Below, in pieces: positions 40,406-53,338 of a stretch of 64,000 bases of DNA; the stretch's first letter is position 1; the number at the start of each line of letters is the position of its first letter. This DNA is from an uncultured Thermoleophilia bacterium (GTDB lineage Bacteria > Actinomycetota > Thermoleophilia > UBA2241): NCBI GenBank assembly GCA_963702475.1, contig CAVPCT010000009.1:160001-224000 (forward strand). The letters run 5' to 3'. A program made the position numbers and the translations under genes. The notes beneath the pieces are model-generated. The model was given only the letters and a program-made list of their open reading frames with translations, was not told the DNA's origin and ran no database searches.

Positions 40406-40409
<4 letters not shown>
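39522..40409 (+). CDS. HAAT (Liv-type) ABC permease, LivH-like
   Basis: GAIYALVGLGYVTIYRTSRVVNFAQG; hydrophobic. Confidence 0.9.
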
Positions 40410-43175
<2,766 letters not shown>

Positions 43176-43223
43176 CCCTCAAGGACCTGCCGATCAGGCA
43201 ACAAAGCGAGACAAGGGGGAGAG

Positions 43224-44465
43224 ATGAGTAGACGGAAGTGGATGGCGGTGGCGCTCGTGGCGCTCCTCGTCATCGTCGCGGCGGCTGTCGCGCTGGGTGG
43301 CTGCGGCAGCGAGGAGACCACCACGGATACGTCGGCGTCCGCATCGGCGGCTCCGGCCGGCGGCACCATCAAGGTGGGGTTCGTCAACTCGGCGACCGGC
43401 GTCAGCGCCGCGCCGAACCAGGCCATCGTCGGCTCGACCATGGGCGCGATCGAGGAGACCAACGCCAAGGGCGGCATCGACGGCAAGTGGATCATCGAGC
43501 CCATCACCAAGGACGACGGCTCCGACGTCGCCAAGGCGTCCGCGGCCATCACGCAGCTCATCCAGCAGGACAAGGTCGACTTCATCCTGCAGCCGTGGGT
43601 GGACTTCATCGCCCCGGTGGCCCGTGGCATCGAGGAGAAGGCCGGCATGCCGGGCGTGCTCTCGTATCACCCCGCCAAGGGCGACACCGCGACGTACAAG
43701 TGGACCTTCAGCAACGCGCAGGGCGCGGAGGACAACGCCGACGCCCTGGTCAAGATCTTCGCGGCGCAGGGCTGGAAGACCGTCGTCGGCGTCGGTGACG
43801 TGCTCACCATCCAGCAGGAGACGCTGGACTTCTGCGCTGAGATGGCTCCGAGCCAGGGCATCACGTTCACCAAGATGAAGGACCAGTGGCCGCTCGACCA
43901 GACCGACTTCAGCGGCGTCGCCTCCAAGATCGTGGCGGCCTGTGACAGTGCCAAGGCCGACGCGCTGGCCCTCATGATCACCGCTCCGCAGGCCGACGCG
44001 ATGATGAAGGCCCTCAAGGGCGCCGGGCTCGACATCCCGGTCATCGGTGGTCCGCCGCTGGCGCAGGCCATCCCGCTGTTCGCCGCAGGCACCGAGAACG
44101 TCGACGGCATGTACCTCATCTCCACCGCCGTGACGGCCGGCCCGCAGCTGCCGGACAGCTATCCGCCGAAGCCGATGGTCGTGGGCTTCTACGATGCTGT
44201 CATGGCCGAGACCAACGCTCCGCCGGACAACTTCGGCGCCTGGGCGTTCGACGCCGTCATGCTGATGAACGAGGCCGTGACCAAGGCCGGCAGCATCGAC
44301 AAGCAAGCCGTGCGCGACGCTTTCGAATCGATCACCGGCTTCTACGGCGTCGCCGGTCAGTACAACTACTCCGCCGACGACCACATCGGTATCCACGGCG
44401 GCATGTGGCTGTACCAGATCGTGAAGGGCGAGTACAAGCTCATCGGGGACGCGGCCATCAACTGA
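43224..44465 (+). CDS. HAAT ABC substrate-binding lipoprotein (LivK-like)
   Basis: Lipobox-like LGGC; NAKGGIDG, DDGSD, DFSG, AFDAV. Confidence 0.85.
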   Translation: MSRRKWMAVALVALLVIVAAAVALGGCGSEETTTDTSASASAAPAGGTIKVGFVNSATGVSAAPNQAIVGSTMGAIEETNAKGGIDGKWIIEPITKDDGSDVAKASAAITQLIQQDKVDFILQPWVDFIAPVARGIEEKAGMPGVLSYHPAKGDTATYKWTFSNAQGAEDNADALVKIFAAQGWKTVVGVGDVLTIQQETLDFCAEMAPSQGITFTKMKDQWPLDQTDFSGVASKIVAACDSAKADALALMITAPQADAMMKALKGAGLDIPVIGGPPLAQAIPLFAAGTENVDGMYLISTAVTAGPQLPDSYPPKPMVVGFYDAVMAETNAPPDNFGAWAFDAVMLMNEAVTKAGSIDKQAVRDAFESITGFYGVAGQYNYSADDHIGIHGGMWLYQIVKGEYKLIGDAAIN

Positions 44466-44484
44466 CGCCGCGCCGTCTCTTCTC

Positions 44485-44520
44485 AAGCTCCGGGAGGGCG
44501 CACGGGCCCTCCCGGAGCTT
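44485..44520 (+). terminator. Perfect 15-bp-stem hairpin
   Basis: AAGCTCCGGGAGGGC-GCACGG-GCCCTCCCGGAGCTT. Confidence 0.65.
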
Positions 44521-44583
44521 ACCGAGACTCCTCCCGATCGAGGGAGCGTCGCGTGTGAGGCCAGTCCGTGCGGGAGGATCGAC

Positions 44584-45513
44584 GTGCGCGCATTGACCAT
44601 CGGGGAGCTGGAGAGCGAATCCGGTACACCTCGCCAGACCATCTACTACTACGTGCGCACCGGCCTGCTCCCGCCCGCCCAGAAGGCGAGCCGCAGCCGG
44701 GGGCTCTACACCGAGGAGCATCTCTCCCTGCTGAGCGAGATCGAGCAACTGCGCTCCAGAGGCCTGCGGCGTGCGGCAATCCAGACTCGGCTTGCCGGAC
44801 GCGTGCGTGAGGCCGGCAGCAACGGCGTCGACCTGGTGGCCAGGCGAGAAGAGGAGACACGGCAGGCCATCCTCGTCGCCGCCACCCGCAGCTTCGCAAC
44901 CAGGGGCTACAAAGGCACGCGGATGGCGGACCTCATCGAGGAACTGGGCATCACGCCGCAGGTCCTGTACGGGCACTTCGCCACCAAGCGCGACCTGTTC
45001 GTCTCCTGCTACAAGATCGCCGTCCAGTGCATGGACGCGTTTCTGCAGCCGCAGTTCGAGAAGGCTCGGGATTCCGCCGAGATGCAGGTCTGGTACATGT
45101 ACGCCGACTCCGGCATCAAGGCGTTCGCCCCGAACATGATGATGCTGGCCATCGAGGCGGCTCAGCACGACGAGGACGCGAGGCGCGACCTTCGCGAGGC
45201 CTACAGGGTGATCACCGGGGACGCGGTCGCCGATCTCAAGCGCATGCGTCGCGGCGAGGACGACCCTCCGTTCTCGGACGAGCTGATCATCCACGCGATC
45301 TTCGGCGGCTTCGAGCAGATGCTCGCGCGCGCGGGGCTGGACGATCAATACTCCTGGCAAGACTGCGTGCGCAACGGCCTGGGTCTCTTCCTGGCCGTCA
45401 GAGCTGTCTACCGCGGCGACCTGGACCTGAGCGAGCTGACTACCAGCTACGGCGCGCTGCTCGACGAGGTCGCCAAGCTCCCGCCGCCCGTCCCCGACGA
45501 ACTCAAGCCCTGA
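44584..45513 (+). CDS. MerR-HTH + TetR fusion regulator (copy 2)
   Basis: LTIGELESESGTPRQTIYYYVRTGLLP + TRQAILVAATRSFATRGY...LYGHFATK. Confidence 0.85.
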   Translation: MRALTIGELESESGTPRQTIYYYVRTGLLPPAQKASRSRGLYTEEHLSLLSEIEQLRSRGLRRAAIQTRLAGRVREAGSNGVDLVARREEETRQAILVAATRSFATRGYKGTRMADLIEELGITPQVLYGHFATKRDLFVSCYKIAVQCMDAFLQPQFEKARDSAEMQVWYMYADSGIKAFAPNMMMLAIEAAQHDEDARRDLREAYRVITGDAVADLKRMRRGEDDPPFSDELIIHAIFGGFEQMLARAGLDDQYSWQDCVRNGLGLFLAVRAVYRGDLDLSELTTSYGALLDEVAKLPPPVPDELKP

Positions 45514-45655
45514 GCCCTGAGTCCGGCCGAGTGACTGCTCCCGCCCGATCGCGTCCGGCACGACCAGCAAATGAAACGGCGTTACATCATGTGAACCCGC
45601 TCATCGCGTCGCGCGCGCTCAGGCGACGGATGCGGGGCCGACCGCAGGAGGCTGC

Positions 45656-46294
45656 ATGTCGACAACGCTCAGCAAGGCCATCCTCGCCATGGATGAGGAC
45701 GGCGCGCTCACCATCGTCAAGGACCGTCTCGAGGCGGGCGAGGCCCCGGAGGCGGTCCTGGAGGACGCCAAGGGCGCGATGACCGTGCTCGGCGAGATGT
45801 TCGCCCGCGAGGAGGTCTTCATCCCCGAGCTCATCATGGGCGGCGAGATCATGAAGGGCATCGCCGCCGAGCTCAAGCCTCGCATCACTGCTGACGCCGA
45901 GGCGGACAAGCGCGGCACTGTCGTCATCGGCACCGTCCACGGTGACATCCACGACATCGGCAAGGACGTCGTCTGCATGATGCTCGAGGTCTCCGGTTAC
46001 GAGGTCCACGACCTCGGCGTCGACGTGCCGGTCGCGGACTTCGTGGCCGCCATCGATGACAAGAAGCCCGAGGTCGTCGGCCTCTCGGGCCTGCTCACGC
46101 TCGCCTTCGACGCGATGAAGGACACCATCGACGGCATCGCCGCCGCCGGACTCCGCGACCACGTCAAAGTCATGATCGGCGGCTCGCCAGTTGACCAGCA
46201 GGTCTGCGTGTACGCCGGCGCCGACGGCTGGGGTCGCGATGCTGCAGCCGCGCTCAAGATGGCCGGCGAGTGGACCAGAGTCGCGGCCGGCTGA
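45656..46294 (+). CDS. Corrinoid (cobalamin-binding) methyltransferase protein
   Basis: GTVHGDIHDIGKD (DxHxxG), DLGVDV, VGLSGLLT, VMIGG. Confidence 0.92.
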   Translation: MSTTLSKAILAMDEDGALTIVKDRLEAGEAPEAVLEDAKGAMTVLGEMFAREEVFIPELIMGGEIMKGIAAELKPRITADAEADKRGTVVIGTVHGDIHDIGKDVVCMMLEVSGYEVHDLGVDVPVADFVAAIDDKKPEVVGLSGLLTLAFDAMKDTIDGIAAAGLRDHVKVMIGGSPVDQQVCVYAGADGWGRDAAAALKMAGEWTRVAAG

Positions 46295-46307
46295 GGGGAA
46301 GAGAGAG

Positions 46308-47567
46308 ATGACGACAAGCCTCGAAGGCGCCGAACTCGCCGCACAGCGGCTCAAGCTGTTCGAAGACGCCGTCGCCCTGCGCAAGCCGGACCGTGTTCCT
46401 CTGATGCCCCTGGCGCTCGAGTACTTCCACACGCGTATGGCGGGCGTCTCCGACAAGGAGGCCGGCTACGACGCCCAGGTGAACTTCCAGTGCCTGCGGG
46501 ACGCCACGGTCCGCTTCGGCTGGGACTGGGCTCCCGGCATGGCCGTCCCACCGTCCAGGTCACTGGAGGCGCTTGGGTCCAGGCAGATCCGCTGGCCGGG
46601 CGGCGACCTGCCGGACGACGTCCAGTTCCAGTGGGTCGAGGACGAGTACCTCAAGGCCGACGAGTACGATGCGTTCCTCGCCGACCCGACACGGTTCACC
46701 CTGCACACCCTGTGGCCTCGCCTCGCAAGCGCCTTCGGCGTGCTCGGCGAGCTCCCTCTGCCGCCCGTCTGGTGGATCAACACCATGTACTTCCCTCTGG
46801 CCTGGGGGGCGTTGCTGGGCGCGCCACCGATGACGGCTCTCTTCGAGGCGCTGGCCGAGATGAGCAAGGATGCGGGTGCCTTCATGGCCGCGTTCGGCGG
46901 CTTCGCGGGAGAGATGGCGGCCATGGGCTACCCGGTCGCCTTCGTGGGAGTGACGAAGGCCCCCTTCGACATGGTCTCCGACGACTACCGCGGCCTTCGC
47001 GGCAGCACTATCGACCTCTACCGGCAGCCCGAGAAGCTGCAGGCCCTGATGGACATGCTGACGCCCATGGCCATCGGACAGGCGGTCGGCGCCGCCAAGG
47101 GCAGCGGGAACCCGCGCGTGTTCATCCCGCTGCACCGCGGCGCCGCCGGCTTCCTCAACGACGAGCAGTTCGCCAAGTACTACTGGCCCGGGCTCAAGGC
47201 GGTCATCTTCGCCCTGCTCGAGGCGGGCATCACTCCCTGCCCCTTCTTCGAAGGCGACTACACGCCGCGGCTCAAGTACCTCGCGGAGCTGCCACCCGGC
47301 GTTATCGCCGCCCACTTCGACCGCACCGACCGCAAGAAGTTCAAGGAGATGTGCGGGCACAATCTCTGCTTCTGGGGCGACGTGCCGGGGTCGCTGATGG
47401 TCACAGGCACCCCCGGCGAGGTCAAGGACTACGTCAAGGGACTGATCGAGGACTTCGGCGACACCGGCGGGCTCATCGTCGACGGCGCCAACGCCATCAC
47501 GGGAGAGGCCAGGCCGGAGAACGTCATGGCGCTGCGCGAGGCTGTGGACGAGTACGGCGGGTACTGA
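46308..47567 (+). CDS. UroD-fold (MtaA/CmuA-like) corrinoid methyltransferase
   Basis: KPDRVP, APFD...RG, FAKYYWP, FWGDVP, EVKDYVKGLI, ARPENVMAL. Confidence 0.8.
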   Translation: MTTSLEGAELAAQRLKLFEDAVALRKPDRVPLMPLALEYFHTRMAGVSDKEAGYDAQVNFQCLRDATVRFGWDWAPGMAVPPSRSLEALGSRQIRWPGGDLPDDVQFQWVEDEYLKADEYDAFLADPTRFTLHTLWPRLASAFGVLGELPLPPVWWINTMYFPLAWGALLGAPPMTALFEALAEMSKDAGAFMAAFGGFAGEMAAMGYPVAFVGVTKAPFDMVSDDYRGLRGSTIDLYRQPEKLQALMDMLTPMAIGQAVGAAKGSGNPRVFIPLHRGAAGFLNDEQFAKYYWPGLKAVIFALLEAGITPCPFFEGDYTPRLKYLAELPPGVIAAHFDRTDRKKFKEMCGHNLCFWGDVPGSLMVTGTPGEVKDYVKGLIEDFGDTGGLIVDGANAITGEARPENVMALREAVDEYGGY

Positions 47568-47778
47568 CGGACGGGCGGCCTGCCCTCCACGGCAGAAGCA
47601 GGGAGCAGGGCGGCCAGGGGAGAAGTACCGTGGCCGCCCTGCCTCTCACTCCGCCACGGCCTCGCAGCGAGCCGCGAGGAGGCAGGGCAGCGTCAGACCC
47701 CTCTCGCGCGTCGATCCTCTCGATCCAGCTGAGGCCGATCAGACTCCACGCCGGGGCCGTCACGTAGATGTCCGCACG

Positions 47779-48035
47779 ATGGAGCACTGCGCCCGGGTCT
47801 TCATCGACTGCGCCGCAGACGCCGATCCGGTGTTCGCGGCCGGCGTCCCGTGCAAGGCGGGCACCGCCGCCTGGTCGCCAAGGGCCTGGCCGATCTCCCG
47901 ATGCCCGGCCGCGACGTCTCCGCGGTGTTCCACGCGCTCGGTACGATCCGCGTCATCGCCTCGCGCGAGACGGGCGGCGCGGTGATGCGCGTGGCCGGCA
48001 CACCCAGAGGGGCTGCGGCGCGGGCGACGGCATGA
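47779..48035 (+). pseudogene. Possible remnant of an FAD-dependent oxidoreductase
   Basis: Fragments RVFIDCAADAD..FAAGVPC and LVAKGLADLPMPGRDVSA..HALGTIRVIA resemble two motifs that are normally far apart in this family. Confidence 0.35.
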
Positions 48036-48086
48036 GCTACACTCGGCGGCGCACGGCAATCCAGGATCCGCGGAGGCAGCAGCGAG

Positions 48087-49337
48087 ATGGACCCGCTCAT
48101 CGACGGCCAGCACCCTCTTCTCGGTTCGGGACTGCCCGAACGGATGTCCCGCTCCCTGGACTTCCCGCTCTTCACGATGTCTGCAGGCCCCATCGAGGTG
48201 ACGGAGCGCGTGCTGCACGCCATCTCCGCGCAGACGCTCGACCAGTACGACCCGCTCTTCATCGACATCTACCACGAGACGACGGCCAAGATCGCCGCCG
48301 TCTTCCAGACGCGCAACGACGTCATCATCCAGCATGGCGAGGCGGTGCTCGCCCTGGAGTCGGCCGGGGCCAGCACCATCGAGCCCGGCGACAAGTGTCT
48401 CGTCCTGGTCAGCGGCCCCTTCGGCAAGGGCTACGGCAGGCACGTCGTGCGCCACGGCGGGGAGCTCATCGAGCTCGAGGTGCCGTTCAACGAGTCCATA
48501 CCGCCCGAGGCCGTCAGGGAGATGTTCGCGCGCCACCCCGGCATCAAGGTGATGTCCGTGGTGCACTGCGACACGCCCGCCGGCACGCTGAACCCGATCC
48601 AGGAGATCTGTCCGATCGCCAAGGAGTACGGGGCGCTCACCATCGTGGACGCCGTCTCGTCCCTCGGCGGCCACCAGCTGCTGCCCGACGAGTGGGGCGT
48701 CGACATCCTCATCGCCGGGCCGCAGAAGAGCCTGGGCGGGATCACGGGGGCGGGCCTCGTCGCGGTCAGTGGGACCGCGTGGCGCAAGATGCTCGCCAAG
48801 AGCACGCCTCTGCGCGGCTCTGTGCTGAGCATGCTCGACTGGAAGGAGCGCTGGCTGGAGGGCGGCCGCTTCCCGTACACGCCCATGGTGCACCAGGTCT
48901 ACGCCCTCAACGCCGCCATGACGCAGATCCTCGAGAAGGGCATCGACTACTCGATCGCCCGTCACCACGCCGCCGGCGTCGCCTGTCGCGCCGGCATCAC
49001 GGCGATGGGATTGAAGCTCTGGCCCGCATCCGAGGACATCGCCGCCGACTGCGTCACCGCCGTCACGGTGCCGGACGGCCTGACCGAGCAGCAGATCGTG
49101 GGGACGATGCGCAGGGACCAGCACGTGGCCATCTCCGGCGGCCTTGGCGATCTCATCGGCAAGGTCTTCCGCATCGGCCACATGGGGAAGATGGCCCAGG
49201 TGCTCGACGTGGTGGTCGCGCTTGCCGCGCTGGAGAAGACGCTCGTGAGCCTGGGCCGGGACGTGCCCCCCGGCGCCGGCGTCTCCGCCGCCCTGGCCAC
49301 CTGGGTGGGCGGCGATGCGCAGGTCTCCGGCGGGTAG
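48087..49337 (+). CDS. Class V PLP aminotransferase, pyridoxamine-pyruvate aminotransferase-like
   Basis: TMSAGP, YDPLF, HGEAVLALE, HCDTPAGTLNP, VDAVSS, GPQKSLG (PLP Lys), FPYTP, RIGHMG. Start may be 48143. Confidence 0.85.
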   Translation: MDPLIDGQHPLLGSGLPERMSRSLDFPLFTMSAGPIEVTERVLHAISAQTLDQYDPLFIDIYHETTAKIAAVFQTRNDVIIQHGEAVLALESAGASTIEPGDKCLVLVSGPFGKGYGRHVVRHGGELIELEVPFNESIPPEAVREMFARHPGIKVMSVVHCDTPAGTLNPIQEICPIAKEYGALTIVDAVSSLGGHQLLPDEWGVDILIAGPQKSLGGITGAGLVAVSGTAWRKMLAKSTPLRGSVLSMLDWKERWLEGGRFPYTPMVHQVYALNAAMTQILEKGIDYSIARHHAAGVACRAGITAMGLKLWPASEDIAADCVTAVTVPDGLTEQQIVGTMRRDQHVAISGGLGDLIGKVFRIGHMGKMAQVLDVVVALAALEKTLVSLGRDVPPGAGVSAALATWVGGDAQVSGG

Positions 49338-49377
49338 CCCTCGCGACGCGCCCGTGGGGGCGCGGCCGGCGGCCGGG

Positions 49378-50476
49378 TCACTCCACGTGGGCGAGGCACG
49401 CGCTGGCCGCGGCCGCGAGCACGTGCAGCACTTCGGCCTCGCCGCGCTTCACCGGGCGCGGCAGCGACACGGTGAGGCCCACGGCGTGGGCGCCGCCGCC
49501 TGCGCTCACGCGCAGGATCTCGGCGCCGGTCACCACGCCGGGGCCGGCTTCGCCTCCGCCCGGTACAGCGTCAGCGCGCGCGGCGGCATCGCTCGCGCAG
49601 CCGGCGCTCAGATCTCCGGCGACGGCGACGCAGCTGGAAGCCTCGAGCAGGTCGCAGGCAGCCGCGGCGCACGCCTGCAGCACCCCGGCCCGGCCGGTGG
49701 CCGCCCGTAGCCCGGCCACCGCCACCGCGAGCTGGTCCATCCGGTCGCGGAGGCCGTCGATCTCCCGGGCGGCGGCTCCGGCGTCGGCGAACAGCTGCGC
49801 ATTGTGCAGCGCCGCTGCGGCCTGCCCGGCGACGGCCGTGCAGATGCGCAGCTCCTGGGCGGAGTAGCGCCGCTCGCGGGTGTGGTCCATGAGTTCCACG
49901 AGCCCGATCGACCGGCCGCGGAATACGAGCGGGACCATGAGGAGGCTCTTGTCGCCGTCGCGTACCAGCTCGCGGAGCTCGTGAGGGTCGGCCGCCGGGT
50001 CGCTCACGTTGACGATGGCCGGTGACTGCTCCTCGAGGACCCGGCGCGTGAGCGGGTAGCGCGAGAGGGGGTACTCCTCGATGTCCGGGAGGCGCCGGCC
50101 GCTGTGGTCGAAGTCGGCCAGCATGCGCACCGACTGTGAAGCGGCGTCGTACGTCGAGATGCCGCAGAAGTCGCACGCCATGAGCCGCGTGAGCTGCTCT
50201 GGCGATCTCCTTGAGCAGGTCGGGCAGCTCGAGCTGACCCACGAGTGCGAGCGAGGTCTCGAGCAGCGTCTCGACCTCGCGCTCGCGCGCCCGCCTCGCG
50301 TCGAGGTGGGTACTGCCGCCGATCTGCTGGGCGAGCGCTTCGACGTCCTCCTGCCGGATGCGGCGGTGGCCTCCGGGGGTGCGCGTGCACGGCAGCAGCC
50401 CGCTCGCCGTCCACCGTCGCACCGTGTGCGGCGCGACCCCAAGCCGGAGCGCCGCTCGCTGAACGTTGAGGTACAT
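49378..50476 (-). CDS. Xis/BldC-like HTH + GAF regulator, frameshift near 50200
   Basis: AALRLGVAPHTVRRW...RTPGGHRR, then GAF motifs SLLMVPLVFRGRSIGLVEL and QAAAALHNAQLF. Confidence 0.75.
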
Positions 50477-50498
50477 CGCGGTGCCTGCCTTCCCGACG

Positions 50499-50546
50499 TG
50501 TCAAGTATGTTGAAGTTCGGGTCACCTGCGTTGTCAAGTCCGTTGA
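50499..50546. repeat. Two copies of TGTCAAGTnnGTTGA, 33 bp apart
   Basis: 50499-50513 and 50532-50546, in the divergent intergenic region. Confidence 0.6.
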
Positions 50547-50658
50547 TGAAAAAGTCCTGTAAAACATCTGAACACGTGACAGCATCGGTGAAGAATCGAC
50601 GCCGGTCCGTCGCAGGCTGGTCACAGCCGCGGGCACCGGCAGGGAGGGTGATCTCACC

Positions 50659-51864
50659 ATGCGTGTCCTTCAGCTCGGCGTAGGGTCCGTGGGGGAGGTG
50701 ACGGCCCGCACCGTGGCGGCCGTGCCTGAGGTGACGGGGGTGCTGCTCGCCGACATCGACGAGTCACGGCCGCGGGCGGTGGCCGGCAAGTTGCCGGCCG
50801 GCAAGGCCGAGGTGCTGCAGCTCGACGTCCACGACAAGGAGGCGCTGGTCAAGGCCCTCGCCGGCGTCGACCTCGTGATCAACGGCCTCATCCCTGAGGT
50901 CAACCTCGACGTGATGGCCGCCTGTCTGGAGGCCGGCACGCACTACCTGGACATGGCCGCGGCCGGCCCCCGTGACGTGGTCGGGACGGCCGACGTGGAC
51001 GAGGAGCTGGCGCTGCACGACGAGTTCCGCAAGGCTGGACTGACGGCGCTCGTCTTCTTCGGCATCGACCCTGGCGCCAGTGATGTGTTCGCGCGAGCGC
51101 TCTACGACCAGTTCGACACCGTCGAGCGCCTCATGGTACTCGACGGGGACAACTCGACCGCCGACGGCGTGGACTACGCGCCGAGCTTCTCGCCGACGAC
51201 GATGGTGGAGGAGTGCCTCATCCTGCCGCCCCATGCCTTCGAGGAAGGCAGGGTGATCCGCCGCAAGGCTCTGTCGAAGCACTTCGACTTCACGTTCCCG
51301 GAGCCCATCGGGAAGCTCACGGTGTGGAACGTGGACCACGAGGAATCGCAGCTGATGCCGCTGTTCCTCGGCGACAAGGGCCTGAGGAACGCCGACTTCT
51401 TCATCGCCCTGGACGAAGAGTGGGCGGACCTGCTCCTGGCGTGGCGCCGCCTCGGGTTCGACCACAACAAGGAGATCGAGTTCCAGGGCGCCCGCTTCCG
51501 CCCGCTCGACCTCCTGGTCTCGCGTCTGCCGAGATCGGTCGACCTCATCGGCAAGATGCATGGATGGGTATGCGTAGGCACCCTCGCCGAGGGCACCATC
51601 GCCGGCAAGCGCGTGCGACGCTTCATGTACCAGATCACCTCGCACGACGATGCCTACAGCAAGTACGGTGTGCAGGGGACGGGATGGCAGACCGGCGTGC
51701 CCGCCGCATGCGCCGGCATCATGCTCGCGCGGGGGCTGGTGCCGGGGAGCGGCGTGTACGCCCCCGAGCAGATCGACCCCGCGCCTTTCCTGGAGCTGAT
51801 GACTGGGAACGGCACCCCGTGGGGCGTCGTGGAGCTGCCGCCGGACGACGAGCTGCCGATCTGA
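50659..51864 (+). CDS. Saccharopine dehydrogenase/carboxynorspermidine synthase family
   Basis: LGVGSVG, VMAACLEAGTHYLDMA, GIDPGASD, DHEE, QTGVP, GVYAPEQ. Confidence 0.85.
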   Translation: MRVLQLGVGSVGEVTARTVAAVPEVTGVLLADIDESRPRAVAGKLPAGKAEVLQLDVHDKEALVKALAGVDLVINGLIPEVNLDVMAACLEAGTHYLDMAAAGPRDVVGTADVDEELALHDEFRKAGLTALVFFGIDPGASDVFARALYDQFDTVERLMVLDGDNSTADGVDYAPSFSPTTMVEECLILPPHAFEEGRVIRRKALSKHFDFTFPEPIGKLTVWNVDHEESQLMPLFLGDKGLRNADFFIALDEEWADLLLAWRRLGFDHNKEIEFQGARFRPLDLLVSRLPRSVDLIGKMHGWVCVGTLAEGTIAGKRVRRFMYQITSHDDAYSKYGVQGTGWQTGVPAACAGIMLARGLVPGSGVYAPEQIDPAPFLELMTGNGTPWGVVELPPDDELPI

Positions 51865-51919
51865 CGGAGTACCGGCGCAGTACGGGGCCGCCGGCAGGAT
51901 CACGTACGAAGGGGGGAAG

Positions 51920-53332
51920 ATGACCGACAAGCTGCGTAGGGTGAGGATCCCGCTTCTCACGGCCGTCGCCATGATCTTCATCTTCGTGTCGTCAGGCGCC
52001 TTCGGCATCGAAGACATGGTCGGCCCGGAGGGCTCCGGACCGGGCCTCACTCTTCTGCTCCTGCTCGTCCTCCCTGTGGTGTGGGCGCTGCCCATGGCCC
52101 TGGTGTGCTCGGAGCTCGGCTCGGCGCTTCCGGAGGAGGGCGGCTACTACGCCTGGACGCGGCGGGCACTCGGCGAGTTCTGGGGCTTCCAGTGCGGTTG
52201 GTGGGCCTGGACCTGCGGGTGGGTCGACTCGGCCGTGTACATCGCCCTCATCCAGGGCTACGTGGCCACCTGGTGGCCACAGCTGAACGGCTGGGAACTC
52301 TGGGGCATCGGTGCCGTGCTGATCGCCGTGTTCGCCTACACCAACATCCGCGGGCTCAACATCGTCGCCGTCAGCTCGGTGGTCTTCACGATCATCATCG
52401 TGGCGCCGTTCCTCGTGCTGATCGTGCTGGGGTTCGCGAACTGGCACGGCACGCCGTGGCAGCCGTTCCTGCCCCCGGGCCAGTCGGTGTGGAGCAGCCT
52501 CAACTACGGGCTCGCCATCGGTGTGTGGATGTACTCGGGCTACGACTCCATGTCGACCATCGCCGGCGAGATGGAGAACCCGCGCCGCATCATCCCGAAG
52601 GCGCTCATGCTAGCCATGCCGATCATCGTGGCGCTGTACTTTCTGCCGACGCTGGCCGGGCTTGCCGGCGTGGGGGACTGGGCGGACTGGACGACGAGCG
52701 GCGGCACCTCCTTCGTCGAGATGGCGGAGGCGCTGGGAGGCCCCGTGCTCGGCTACGTCATGCTCGGGGCGGCCGTCATCAGCAACATGGCGCTGTACCA
52801 GGACTACGTCACGAGCGGCTCTCGCCCGGCCTACGCCATGGCCGAGGACCGGCTGCTGCCGAAGGTGCTCACCAAGGCGCACCCCAAGTACGGCACGCCG
52901 TACGTCTCCATCCTGTTCCTCGCCGCCCTGAACCTGGTGCTCATCGTCGGCACGTTCGCCAACCTCGTCGTGATCGACGTGATGCTCAACATGTTCTACT
53001 ACCTGCTCGTCTTCGTCGCTGCCATCAGGCTGCGGCAGAAGGAGCCGGGCCTGGAGCGTCCGTTCCGCATCCGCGGCAACACCGCGGTGCTCATCGCGAT
53101 CTGCGCGCCGGCCATCTTCATCGCCGTCGTGACCATCGTCACCAACGCCCTGGACACCAGCACGGAGGCGCTGGGGCGTGCCAGCTTCGGCCTGGGCTCG
53201 CTCACCATCGGCTGGTACGGCATCGGCGGCCTCATCGGCCTGCTCGCCGGGCCGGTCGCCTATCTGATCATGAAAAGGACGCTGGGCGGGCGGGGCGGGC
53301 CGCGCCGGGAGTCCACGACGACGGAGGGGTAG
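51920..53332 (+). CDS. APC-family amino acid/polyamine permease
   Basis: SGAFGIED, ELGSALPEEGGYYAW, GEMENPRR, HPKYGTP, ERPFRI. Confidence 0.9.
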   Translation: MTDKLRRVRIPLLTAVAMIFIFVSSGAFGIEDMVGPEGSGPGLTLLLLLVLPVVWALPMALVCSELGSALPEEGGYYAWTRRALGEFWGFQCGWWAWTCGWVDSAVYIALIQGYVATWWPQLNGWELWGIGAVLIAVFAYTNIRGLNIVAVSSVVFTIIIVAPFLVLIVLGFANWHGTPWQPFLPPGQSVWSSLNYGLAIGVWMYSGYDSMSTIAGEMENPRRIIPKALMLAMPIIVALYFLPTLAGLAGVGDWADWTTSGGTSFVEMAEALGGPVLGYVMLGAAVISNMALYQDYVTSGSRPAYAMAEDRLLPKVLTKAHPKYGTPYVSILFLAALNLVLIVGTFANLVVIDVMLNMFYYLLVFVAAIRLRQKEPGLERPFRIRGNTAVLIAICAPAIFIAVVTIVTNALDTSTEALGRASFGLGSLTIGWYGIGGLIGLLAGPVAYLIMKRTLGGRGGPRRESTTTEG

Positions 53333-53338
53333 AGAGTC

